Below, in pieces: positions 8,337 to 18,895 of a stretch of 20,000 nt of DNA (its first letter is position 1; each line of letters begins with the position of its first letter). Made by a program: the position numbers and the translations under genes. The notes under the pieces were generated by a model, which saw only the letters and a list, made by a program, of their open reading frames with translations, ran no database searches and was not told the origin of the DNA. Source of the DNA: Chiloscyllium plagiosum (Eukaryota); assembly GCF_004010195.1 (NCBI RefSeq), contig NC_057720.1, positions 20,628,166 to 20,648,165 on the forward strand. Reading direction: 5' to 3'.

Positions 8337-9517
8337 TGGTAAAAACAATGACTGCAGATGCTGGAAACCAGATTCTGGATTAGTGGTGCTGCAAAAGCAC
8401 AGCAATTCAGGCAGCATCCGAGGAGCAGTAAAATCGACGTTTCGGGCAAAAGCCCTTCATCAGGAATACAGGCAGAGAGTCTGAATGGTGGAGAGATAAG
8501 CTAGGGGAGGGTGAGGGTGGGGAGAAAGTAGCAAAGAGTACAATAGGTGAGTGGAGGAGGGGATGAAGGTGATAGGTCAAGGAGGAGGGTGGAGTGGATA
8601 GGTGGAAAAGAAGATAGGNNNNNNNNNNNNNNNNNNNNNNNNNNNNNNNNNNNNNNNNNNNNNNNNNNNNNNNNNNNNNNNNNNNNNNNNNNNNNNNNNN
8701 NNNNNNNNNNNNNNNNNNNNNNNNNNNNNNNNNNNNNNNNNNNNNNNNNNNNNNNNNNNNNNNNNNNNNNNNNNNNNNNNNNNNNNNNNNNNNNNNNNNN
8801 NNNNNNNNNNNNNNNNNNNNNNNNNNNNNNNNNNNNNNNNNNNNNNNNNNNNNNNNNNNNNNNNNNNNNNNNNNNNNNNNNNNNNNNNNNNNNNNNNNNN
8901 NNNNNNNNNNNNNNNNNNNNNNNNNNNNNNNNNNNNNNNNNNNNNNNNNNNNNNNNNNNNNNNNNNNNNNNNNNNNNNNNNNNNNNNNNNNNNNNNNNNN
9001 NNNNNNNNNNNNNNNNNNNNNNNNNNNNNNNNNNNNNNNNNNNNNNNNNNNNNNNNNNNNNNNNNNNNNNNNNNNNNNNNNNNNNNNNNNNNNNNNNNNN
9101 NNNNNNNNNNNNNNNNNNNNNNNNNNNNNNNNNNNNNNNNNNNNNNNNNNNNNNNNNNNNNNNNNNNNNNNNNNNNNNNNNNNNNNNNNNNNNNNNNNNN
9201 NNNNNNNNNNNNNNNNNNNNNNNNNNNNNNNNNNNTCTCTAAAGAAGGAGGCCATCTGGTGTGTTCTGTGGTGGAACTGATCCTCCTAGGAGCAGATACA
9301 GCGGAGGCGGAGGAATTGGGAATACGGGATGGCATTTTTGCAGTAGGTAGGGTGGGAAGAGGTGTAATGCAGGTGGCTGTGGGAGTCGGTGGGTTTGTAA
9401 AAAATGTCAGTGTCAAGTCGGTCATCATTAAAGGAGACGGGGAGGTCCAGGAAGGGGAGGGAGGTGTCAGAGATGGTCCAGGTAAATTTAATGTCAGGCT
9501 GGAATGTGTTGGTGAAG
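8337..9517 (-). mobile_element. 5'-truncated Penelope-like retroelement (RT C-terminal/thumb region plus 3' pseudo-LTR), spanning gap 8619-9235
   Basis: Minus-strand translation NFTNTFQPDIKFTWTISDTSLPFLDLPVSFNDDRLDTDIFYKPTDSHSHLHYTSSHPTYCKNAIPYSQFLRLRCICS*EDQFHHRTHQMASFFR has the PLE signature FLD...Y.KPT....L...S.HP...K, with an in-frame stop at 9286-9288. Candidate TSD TTATCCC at 8330-8336 and 9518-9524. Continuity across the gap is inferred. Confidence 0.88.
8432..8467 (-). ncRNA. Minimal type I hammerhead ribozyme motif in the Penelope 3' repeat (P1)
   Basis: Minus strand: CTGATGA (8463-8457), A, GGGC-TTTT-GCCC, GAAA (8443-8440), CGTC. GUC triplet with predicted cut between 8436 and 8435. 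All core bases intact. Confidence 0.8.
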
Positions 9518-9879
9518 TTATCCCACATTCCCTTCATTTGTAACTTTAAAATGGAACAGTGTGATGGCATTGGCGCAAGATGATGAAGGGTTAGGGAGAT
9601 ATTAACCTATTACTCAAAAGTCCCATGGGAGTGAAGGTGTAGATAATATTGAAGCACGGAAAATATTGGGAAAATGTGAACAAAGGTTTAACCTGTCTCC
9701 CACCCTGTGCTTCCCACCTCCAAAACCAGCTCCTGTCCGTACATTGTTATGTTTCCTTCTGTTGGAATTTTAATGCCTTCCTTCTCCAGTGCCTCTGTCC
9801 TTTGTCATTAATTGATCTGGATTTTCCACTGGCCAGTCATGATTCCAATGTAGATGGAAGTTGCATTTGGGGATCCCCA

Positions 9880-10675
9880 GTGTAGCAGACTGTGAAGGCA
9901 TTTCCTGGGAAATTGAAGTCTCGTCTGGAGGTCATTGGATGGATCAAAGCTGGATCATCCACTTAAGACTTCAGGCTGAAGATTGATGCGAATGCTTCAG
10001 CACTACCATTTGCACTGATGTGCTGGGCTCTTTCGTCATTGAGGTTGGGGATATTTATGGAGCTTCTTCCTCCAGTGAGCTGTTTAATTGTCCACCACTA
10101 TTCACGACTGGATGTGACAGGATTGTAGAGATCAGATCTGATCTGTTGGCTGTAGGATCAATTAGATATGTCTATCACTTGCTGCTTATGCTGTTTTGCA
10201 TGCTAATAGTCCTATTTGGTAGCTTCATCCGGTTGATACCTCATGTTTAGGTATGCCTGGTGCTGCTCCTGGCCTCCTCAACTCTCTAATCAACCAGGGC
10301 TGATCCTTGGCTTTATAGTAATGGTTGAGTGGGGGATATGCCATGAGGTTACGGATTGTACTGGAGTACAATCCGTGCTGCTGTTGGTGGCCCATGGTGC
10401 CTCATGGAAGCCCAGTCTTGAGTTGCTAGATCTGTTCAACATCAGTCCCATTTGGCACAGTGATAGTGCCACAGAACATGACGGAGGTTATTCTCAATAT
10501 GAAGCTAGACTTCATCTCCACAAGGACTGTGTAACGGTCGCTCTGACTGATACTGTCACTCTTAGCAATACTGTCATGGACAGATGCATCTGCAGCAGGC
10601 AGAATGGTGAATATGAGGTCAAGTTTGTTTTCCCCTCTTGGTTCCTTCACCACCTGCTGCAGACCCAGTCTAGCA
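9880..10675 (-). mobile_element. Degenerate LINE (CR1/L2 clade) fragment including the C-terminal part of the APE endonuclease
   Basis: Minus-strand translation LGLQQVVKEPRGENKLDLIFTILP...SISQSDRYTVLVE resembles the L.Q.V.EPTR....LDL....SDH..V endonuclease motif. Left boundary approximate. Confidence 0.7.
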
Positions 10676-10677
10676 CC

Positions 10678-11640
10678 TACTGGAGTTCCGTAGGGGTCAG
10701 TGTTGCGACTACAATTATTCACATAATCCATTTCAGATCTGGATGAAGGAACTTTTGCTAAGTTTGCAGATGGCATAAAGGTAGGTGGAGGGACACTAGT
10801 GTGGAGGCAGTGGAGAGCTGCAGAAAGGCTTGGAGATGCTGGGAGCACGGGCAAAGAAGTGGCAGGTGCAATACGGTGTGGGAAAATGAGACTTGCTGCA
10901 TTTTGGTAAGAAGAATGGAGGTGTAAACATTTTCTATATGGGGAAAGGTTTTGGAAATCTGAAGCACAATGGGACTTGAGAATCCTATTTTAGGATTCTC
11001 TTAAGGTTAACATGCAGGTTCAGTTGGCAGTTAGGAAGGCAAATGTAATGTTCACATTTATTTCAAGAGGGCTAGTAAACAAGAACACTGATGTACTTTT
11101 GAGGCTGTGTAATGCTCTGGTCAGATCGCATTTAGAATATTGTGAGCAGTTTCGGGCCTGGTATCTAAGGAAGAATGTGTTAGTCTTGGAGAGACTCCAG
11201 AGAAGGTTTACAAGACTGATCCCAGGGATGAAGGGCTTGTCCTGCCAGGAGTGGTTGAGGTCTCTGGGTCTGTACTCGATGGCATTTAGAAGGATGAGGG
11301 GTCATATTTGAAATTTACAGCATACTAAGAGGCCTGGATAGAGTGGGCTGATAGATGTTACCACTAGTAGGAGAGACTGGGACCTGAGGGCAAAGCCTCA
11401 GAGTGAAAGGATGATCTTTTCTAACTGAAATGATGAGAAATTTCTCCAGCCAGAGGACCATGAATCCATGAAACTCATTCGCACAGAAGACGACACAGGC
11501 CAAGTCTGATAGTAGGGGGATCAAGGGTTACAGGGAGAAGGCAGGAGAATGGGTTGAGAAACATATCAGCCACGATCGAATGGCGGAGCTGATGACTGCT
11601 AATGGCCTAATTCTGTTCCTGTATCTTATGGTCTTACGGT
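10678..11640 (+). mobile_element. 5'-truncated CR1 LINE (RT C-terminus plus 3' UTR), decayed
   Basis: GVP*GSVL at 10682-10705 (GVPQGSVL motif), AKFADGIKVGG (FADD motif), AVRKANVMFTFISRG...LVRSHLEYC...LERLQRRFTRLIPGMKGLS...LGLYS, and 3' tail GGCCTAATTCTGTTCCTGTATCTTATGGTCTTA. Confidence 0.92.
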
Positions 11641-11930
11641 ACCCTATTCCCACTTTCTCCTCATTTTGTGATCTCTTTAGTCCTAAGAACTGTATCTAAG
11701 TCCTCCTTAAAACACCCAATGTTTTGGCCTCACCTACTTTCTGGGCTGAGAATTGCACAGGCTCACCACTATCTGGCCAAAGAAATAACTCCTCAGCTCA
11801 GAGCTCAATGGATTATTCCATACCTTTAGACTGTGACTCCTGGCTGTGGACTCCCCAGTCATCAGGAACATCCTTCCTGTGTTTACCATGTCTAGTCCTG
11901 TTAGATTTTTATAGGCTTCTATGAGATTCT
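11641..11930 (-). mobile_element. CR1 LINE 3' fragment, tail-to-tail with the preceding CR1
   Basis: Reverse complement (CTAACAGGACTAGACATGGTAAACACAGGAAGGATGTTCCTGATGACTGGGGAGTCCACAGCCAGGAGTCACAGTCTAAAGG) is homologous to 11320-11500. Confidence 0.75.
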
Positions 11931-11965
11931 ATTCCCCTGCCCCCTGCCATTTATATAAAGGATGA

Positions 11966-12313
11966 GTGATGGTCTAGTGTTATTATCACTGCACTGTTAA
12001 CCCAGAGACCCACATAATGTTCTGGGGACTCTGATTTGAACCCCACGGTGGTAGATAGTAAAACTTGAATTCAATTTAAAAAATCTGAAATTAAGAGTCT
12101 AATGATGACCATGAAACCATTGTCGATTGTCAGGAAAAACCCATCTGGTTCATTAACATCACTCGGGGAAGGAAACCATCCTTAACTGGTCTGCCCTACA
12201 TGTGACTCCAGACCCACAGCAATGTGGTGAACTCTTAACTGTAATTAGAGATGGGCACTAAATGCTGGTCTAGTCAGCGGTGCCCTCATCCTGTGCATGA
12301 ATTTAATTTAAAA
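11966..12313 (+). mobile_element. tRNA-derived SINE family B, near full length
   Basis: A-box-like GATGGTCTAGTG, B-box-like GATTTGAACCCC, body CCCATCTGGTTCATTAA...TACATGTGACTCCAGACCCACAGCAATGTGG, AT-rich tail. Confidence 0.88.
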
Positions 12314-12559
12314 AGGCACCAGTACTTTCTTTGTCCCCATGTGTAATGGCCAGTTACCTCTTGTTTGAAAGATTGTGATATCTGATGCAACTGCCTTTGT
12401 CTCACTCTTTACATTGGGCTCGAACAGTAGAGGGAATATACAAATGTAAAGTCTTGAGTTGATTTTGTGACATCTGCCAGACCAATTCATCACGTGGGTT
12501 ATTGTGCACACTGGACCTCACACAGTGGTCCAGCGGGGCTCCTATCCTTTATAAATCAG

Positions 12560-13172
12560 TCATCAGACATCCGAGTGCAGTGCTGAGAGAGTGCAAGGTC
12601 AGAGGTGGAAGAGATGTTAAATTACAGGTCTGTCTGTTCTCTGGGGTGAATGTAAAAGCTGCTATGGCACCATTCCACCATAGAGCAGGGGTATCTATAA
12701 TGCTGTGTGTTCCTTAACACAGAATTATCACTCTCAAACTGGAGTGGGAATTAACATGGGTGCAATTAACATGAAAATTTCAAACTGGCTTACTTCATAG
12801 GCAAACTACTAATTTGTGGTTTCAGATGAATTTATATACACTTCATTAATCTAACATGCTGCTTCTTGAACCTTTTGTGTCTGTTGGTCATGTGATGTCA
12901 TCCTGAACCTACGCTCATAGATAAAATCTGCTTTTAAAGTGGTAGCAAAGCAGTATCCTGGCCAATATATACTCCTTCATCAAGATTACACAAAAAAACT
13001 ATTAGCTGGTCATTATCACATTGACGTTTATATGCATTGCTGTGTGCAAGTTGGCCGCCACGTCATCCACATTACAGCAAAGACTACATTCCGAAAGTAT
13101 TTAATTGAATATGAAGTATTTTAAGAGGGCTGGTTGTCATGAAAGTTCCTCAGAACTGCAGGTCTGTCTTTT
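12560..13172 (+). mobile_element. Ancient DeuSINE-like element (SacSINE1/AmnSINE1-related), in two halves 12560-12697 and 12953-13172
   Basis: GTGCAGTGCTGAGAGAGTGC...GAGATGTTAAA...GTAAAAG...ATGGCAC.ATTC...AGAGCAGGGG and GTATCCTGGCCAATAT...CTGGTCATTATCACATTG...TTGCTGTGTGCAAGTTGGC resemble the Deu domain and 3' tail as recalled; not verified by alignment. Confidence 0.7.
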
Positions 13173-13710
13173 GTGGTAGTGTTCCTTCCCATTGTCCTCC
13201 AGATACATGCCTTTAAACCCCTGTGCTATATCCAGGCAATCTCTGTTACCATTCACTCCACCACCTCCTTGTAGCTGTTATAACACAAATAATCTATTGC
13301 CCTTGTGTGGCACTTCCAAAATTTGTGAAGCTGCTGCTGAGAAATTATCCATCGCCTCATAAGCTCTGACCTAATCCATTCTGACCAGCCTGACCTTTTG
13401 CTTAACTGCTGACCTGCGACACTGTTGCCTATGTTTTGCAATTCTGATTTCTCTAAAGCACATGGCAGAGTGTAACACTGAGAACTTATTTCCTCTTGTA
13501 ACATTTTTCAAATTGTTTTCCTGAATTATGGCCTTGGCTCTGTTTCTTGGTTCTCAACTTGGAAGTTAAAAAAAAGACTGAATGCATTGCCATCCTAAAC
13601 ATAAAACAAAGGTTTTCAAGAATAATGAGCAAGACTCACATGGGGCTGCATGTGTGCTGGATTTGACAGTGTTTGGATTTGATGGAGTGTTTTGCTGTCT
13701 CTCTTTTTAG

Positions 13711-13794
13711 GAAGGTGCCTGTGCCAGATGTCTGGTTAAATGCTGTGCGTGCTGTCTCTGCTGTCTGGAAAAGTGGCTGCAATTTTTAAACCAG
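13711..13794 (+). CDS. SLC44A3: Internal coding exon (84 nt, Cys-rich) of SLC44A3-like gene; absent from the ORF track
   Basis: CTCTCTTTTTAG acceptor ending 13710, donor GTACTT at 13795. Phase 0/0. Translates EGACARCLVKCCACCLCCLEKWLQFLNQ, matching the CTL-family C..CC.WCLEK...LNQ segment that follows LKGK. Confidence 0.92.
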
Positions 13795-14509
13795 GTACTT
13801 CAGTCCTGTAAGAGCTACTAATGAACTAATGGGGAATGTGCAAAAAGGAGGAATTGAAAAGCTTTTGTACTTGGTGAAGGTACTGGATAGATTCTCTCAC
13901 TTAAACAGCAAACTTAAAAAGACTGTTTGTTCCCTCCCCCCCACCTTGGTTTAGCTTGGTGTCTTCTCGTGTGACTTGGTTTGCATAACCAATTGCAAAT
14001 AATGAAATTAGTGTTGGATGAACGGGTGAAGACATTGGCCTTGAGCCAAGCTCAATTTTCCTAACTGCTTTTCACACCGTTCTCCTCAAATGTTGAAATT
14101 GCTTTAAACTTCTCCACATGTGTCTGTCCCAAGATTGCTTATTCCAGCGGGATCCAGTTTACACTCTCTGAGGTTGGTTCCCAGAATATACCTCTGTTTA
14201 AATTTGGGATGTCCGTGCTGTGCTGGCGGTAGAGTAGACAGGAATTGTCAATACAAACCACATGGCGGACCCAGTAAAGTAGGCTACGATGAGTACACTT
14301 ACGATGCTAGGCACACAGCACTCCACAGGACCCTCACTTTGCAAGGGAAAGGTGTCAGATCTAAGAATATAAACATTTAAACCTGAGAAAGATACTTTTA
14401 AAAAGTAATTCTGAGATTGGTAATGCAATTTGTCATGGAGTATAAATTTGAAAAAGTTAGAAGCATGAACCCTCAAATTGCATTTTAATCTGAAATAATG
14501 ATCCTACCC

Positions 14510-14620
14510 TGTCAAAGGTGGGGAGGTTATGCTGCATATTTTCAAAGCTCTGGGTAGCTCACACCTAGAGTGCTGCATCCAGTTCTGTTCCTTACGTTTT
14601 AGGAAGGATGTGAGGGTCAT
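14510..14620 (+). mobile_element. Degenerate CR1 RT fragment
   Basis: Translates EVMLHIFKALGSSHLECCIQFCSLRFRKDV, compare DVLLRLCNALVRSHLEYCEQFRAWYLRKNV at ~11090-11180. Confidence 0.7.
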
Positions 14621-15355
14621 ATTATGTATTAAGGGCTTCTCGTGTTGTGGAGACCAGAATTTGTTATCCCACTTGTTCCAGTTTTGCTGACATTTGTTGG
14701 AACTGGAATAGCTAATCTCCCACTCAAGTCTGCTCAGGTCTGTTGGTTTGTTCTGGACTTTATATATCTGATTTACTTCTGAACAATTGAGAGACTTGTT
14801 TTCAGTACATGAATTTAATTTAAAATATCTCTTCAATTACACAATGTCTCCTCACATGAGCTCTGGCCACTTTGGTCTTTCCTTTGGAAGCTTTTCTATA
14901 CTTTGTACCTCATAAGCTACAATCAGGCTTAATCACTAGAGCACACTGAACATAGATCAGTCAACAGACTAATATTATCAACCGATCAATTAAACAATAG
15001 AATATTACAGAGAGGAGAAGGTATCATGTGATCTTGTCATCCGAAACCATGGTGCCGATCTTTATGGAGCCGAATGACTTAAAGCCTATATCTGCTGACC
15101 CCTGATATGGCTTTTGGCTGCACATACACACGGCTGTGGGAATGTGAGTGTCTGCAAATCCACCAATGCAATGTCACCAAGTAGAATCGTGATGATGTCA
15201 TATGCCAAGGAACTGAGCATGCACAGAAAGGAAACACAGTCCTGAAACAGAATTCAGCAGGGGGCTAGTGAGGATAGGCAGGAAGAAATGAGAACAGTGT
15301 TGGGAAAGAGAGTGAGGAAGCAGGGGAAGAATAAAGGTGAAAGGAGGCCAGTGTT

Positions 15356-15372
15356 GGGGGGGGGGGGGGGGG
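15356..15372 (+). repeat. Poly-G homopolymer (G17) within a purine-rich tract (~15270-15440)
   Basis: Direct reading of the sequence. Confidence 0.9.
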
Positions 15373-15599
15373 ATGGAGAAGAGGGCCTGGAGGGAGGACA
15401 GTAATGGAGAGTGCTTAGGGCAGTATGGTGATAGAGAGAGACGAATCACAGTCTCCCTCCCACTTACAGCTCTCCCCCACTACTGTCCACGTCTCAGACA
15501 TAACTGTGCCAAGCCTCAGGCCTCATTCCCTCAAGTTAGTTATTGTTCCTATTTAATCATATTGGCAATAAACCTGTTTAAATGTTGGTGCTACAGAAG

Positions 15600-15948
15600 A
15601 CACAGTGGCTCAGTGATTAGTGCTGCTGTTTCATAGCACCAGGATCCCAGCTTTGATTCCAGCCTCACTCGGGCAAGTGTCTGTGTGGAGCTTGCACATT
15701 CTGCCAGTGTCTGTGTTGGTTTCCTCCAGTGCTCTGGTTTCCTCTCGCAATCCAAAGAGGTGCAGGTTAGGTGGATTGGCCATGCTAAAACTGTCCGTCA
15801 TGTTCAAGGATGGAAAGGCTAGGTGGATTAGCCATGAGTAAATGCGGGGTTATGGGGATGGGGTAAGGTGAGATGTTGTTTGGAGGGTCAGTGCAGATTT
15901 GAGAGGCTGAATGGCCTCTTTCTGCACTGTAAGGATTCTATCATTCTA
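15600..15948 (+). mobile_element. tRNA-derived SINE, HE1/V-SINE-like (family A), near full length
   Basis: CACAGTGGCTCAGTGATTAG (A box), V-domain-like TGTCTGTGTGGAGCTTGCACATTCT..CAGTGTCTGTGTTGGTTTCCTCCAGTGCTCTGGTTTCCTC, tail CACTGTAAGGATTCTATCATTCTA. Confidence 0.9.
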
Positions 15949-16522
15949 CTTCCAGTAAACACATGTGAATTTTCAAGCAGTGCATGGTGCGTGTGTATGC
16001 TGTGCCAAAAGATGTGGCCTTATTTAAATAGGTTCCTATTCCACTGTGCAACACGCGTTAAATTCAACAAAGGAGTAATTGGCCACTCTGCATTGTTTGA
16101 TAGGATTTTCAAACACAATGGGTGTGGAAGATGGTTGTACCTATAGAACTATGACTGTCCCAGTAAGTTGTAAGGGTGAGCAAGTAGTGGGATAGAGATT
16201 TTTCATTTTCCTCTTAGTTTTCTCACTAAGTGATGTTACTTGTTGATGTTAAAGTCCAGCATGTTAATCTGTTGCAGTTGTTTGTTTTAAAAACTACATT
16301 TGTTCTTTCATCCATTATTTGTTTTGGTTTCATATGTTTAGAAAACTCTTTAGGGTATTGATGTGGCAGTGTGTGCAATGCTGACTTTCAGTCCAGGGAA
16401 CCTGGAGGAAAAGATTTTACAGCTCTCAAGGGTCATCTAACGGAGGGAGGGAGGGAGGAAGCTACGTAGGGCCCATTCAAACACTCGCACATGTCTTCAG
16501 GCATCCTTCCAAGTAGCTCCTA

Positions 16523-16787
16523 TTGAAGGAAAGGTGAAAATTTGTTGCCTGGAGTTTTCACGTTGACTTAATAAATGTTAAAAAAAATCACACAACACCA
16601 GGTTATAGTCCAACAGGTTTATTTGAAAACACTAGCTTTTGGAGCGCTGCTCCTTCGGAACCACCTGATGAAGGAGCAGCACTCCGAAAGCTAGTGCTTC
16701 CAAATAAACCTGTTGGAGTATAACCTGGTGTTGTGTGATTTTTAACTTTGTCCACCCACCCCCGTCCAACACCAGCTCCTCCACATC
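16523..16787 (+). mobile_element. Hairpin-type non-autonomous Penelope-like element (family P2) with intact hammerhead
   Basis: About 77-80-bp inverted arms (16576-16656 vs 16670-16746) around a 13-nt spacer; homologous to 3061-3290. Confidence 0.85.
16662..16696 (+). ncRNA. Minimal type I hammerhead ribozyme motif (P2)
   Basis: Stem I CAC (16662-16664)/GTG (16694-16696), CTGATGA 16665-16671, A, stem II GGAG/CTCC (loop CAGCA), GAAA 16686-16689, GCTA (palindromic AGCT). CUA triplet with predicted cut after 16693. Confidence 0.8.
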
Positions 16788-18895
16788 ATTCCTACTGAAC
16801 AAGATCTTATCAATGTAAATAACAGTGAACAAGCAACCCCCCGCCCGCCCCTCCTTAAATTCAAGGCATTCTTTGTTCTCTGGAGAATATGCGCTTACCT
16901 TGTGGAACTGAAAGCAAAGGCTACTGTTTGATTGAAATGTGTATGCCATTGCTTAAAAACCTAAAGGCCAGGTGCCTTTATCCACGGTTTGCATTGTGTA
17001 TGAAGCCAATCTATTTATCCAGATCTGCTATTCATGGTTGGGAGACACTAGCCTGAATGGTAGAGGGTCAGAGGTTCCTCAGAAATAAAGAAATGCAGGA
17101 AAAAGAGGAATCATTTGAACAAGAAAAGATATGAAGCTGTAATGATATGATTTCTCATTTTAGGAACAAAATGCATTCCACTCTTGACGATTCATCCAAT
17201 TTTTGTTTTCTTTGCTAAAAGAATATTTTTTGGAAGTAAAAAATACTTTTTGTTATAAACTGTTTGAGGTTTTAAGAATGTCCTTTTTACCACAGGAACA
17301 CTTAGGTTTAACACCAGCTTTATGAATACCGTCCCATAATTTGCTTGTTTAAATGGATTGATTTAGGTAAATCTGTATTTTAAACGAATTAACATTCGTT
17401 TAAACGAATTAGTCTCATGATCTATCATTCCCCTGTACCTTTTCTAAAAAAAAGCAGTTTTTTTTTAATGCTTTTCCTTGCTGAACTGATTCTCGTCATA
17501 CACTTTTCTGTGTGGTGTTTTCCAGTTCACTTTAACAGTGAGGTTTACGTTGCTGTGATGGCATTTTCATTCTCAAAAACAAGGGGAAGAGGAATGAATA
17601 TTTTAAGCCACGTGCTATTAGCTGTAAGATTGTCTAGCTGTATGTTGTTGGAAAACTGAAGCTAAAGGCTGTGGTGAAGCTGCTGAAATGCAGTAGCTTT
17701 AAAGTAGTAAGACAGCCTCAGAATCTTTGTATCCAGACTTAACTCTCTCGTTGGGCCGTAGTTTCTTTTGGAGGAAGGCTTTTTTTAAAACAAAGCCCAC
17801 GAGAAGCAGAGCGCCTCCTCTCCGTCTCAGTGTGTGCGATTTCCAAGGTACAAACACTAAATTTGTGAAGAGGAGATCAGTTGTTGCCGTGACAACCATC
17901 ATTCCATGGCCCCTGTGTTGTAGTGCATCTCTCATTTTACCGCTTGGTTCAGCTGCTTCACAAAGCGCTGATTATTCACAGCAAGCAGTCCATGGAAAAA
18001 AAGCAATTGGAAAAATGCCTGGAGTCCTGTTCTCATGACTCTCACTGGCTGAGCTGCTGCCATTGTCATTGCTGGAGGCTGGCCAGAAATCTGAGTTTTG
18101 ATAAACAACCATACTTTTGCTAAGGAAATTCACAGTCAAAATAATCATTCAAATTTCCACAATTACAACGGTGTAAGTTTTTCTAAGGCTGCTGCTGCTT
18201 TCTTGAGACTAGTTTTGGACTGTGGACAAAGGTGTTTCTTTTGGAAACAGACTTGGAAGAAAACAATGGAGTATTTTTTTTTAAAATCATGTAACTATCT
18301 TTGTCCACTTTGTAGTGGACAGCTTGGTTTAATAATTCTGTGAGTTGTTTTCTTTAAAACGGAAATGTTGAGTACAGAGCTCGCCCACTCTAAAGTGTAG
18401 AATGTTGTTCAAGGTCAGCTTCAAATAGTGCAGTTTAATGGACATCAGCTCCTACAATTCAACAGCTCTTCATCCCTGTACCTTTTGTAGGAAACCAGGA
18501 GGGGACTTTTCAAACTGAAGCCACAGGGCTTGTACTCTCTTTCCTCCATTTGATATTTGATTTTCTTGGTTTGTTTTCAAAAAGCTTCAGTTCATTCGGT
18601 AGCTTCAGTCATAGTCACTTTTGCTCTTTCCGTTGAGGGAGCAATGTATCTGCTTCAGGCTCAGTGATTTGATGTGAGTGTCCCCACAGCATCTAATTGT
18701 CCTCCTGGCTTTATTGTTTTACTGTTAGAGAAAGGTGAACACTCCCAACAGGATGTACAAACATCAGTCACCTAGGGAATAGAGCTAAATGCAGCACAGT
18801 GTCTGTCAATTGAGCATCACTGTCTACCACATGCAAGTGTAAGGTCAGGTCATGTTGCATCACTGAAGCCTTTGTTTAGATAGGTTTGGTTGGAA

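Noticed and set aside
8407..9543. Long ORFs of 231-313 aa across 8619-9235
   Set aside because: Length is made of Ns; only the minus-strand Penelope RT frame is meaningful.
16576..16746. DNA-transposon MITE or pre-miRNA
   Set aside because: The arms are an inverted copy of a hammerhead-bearing Penelope-type repeat, arm length differs between the two copies, and homology extends asymmetrically beyond the arms.
17727..18038. 103-aa ORF and overlapping ORFs at 17417-18343
   Set aside because: No recognisable similarity or convincing splice structure; within chance expectation.
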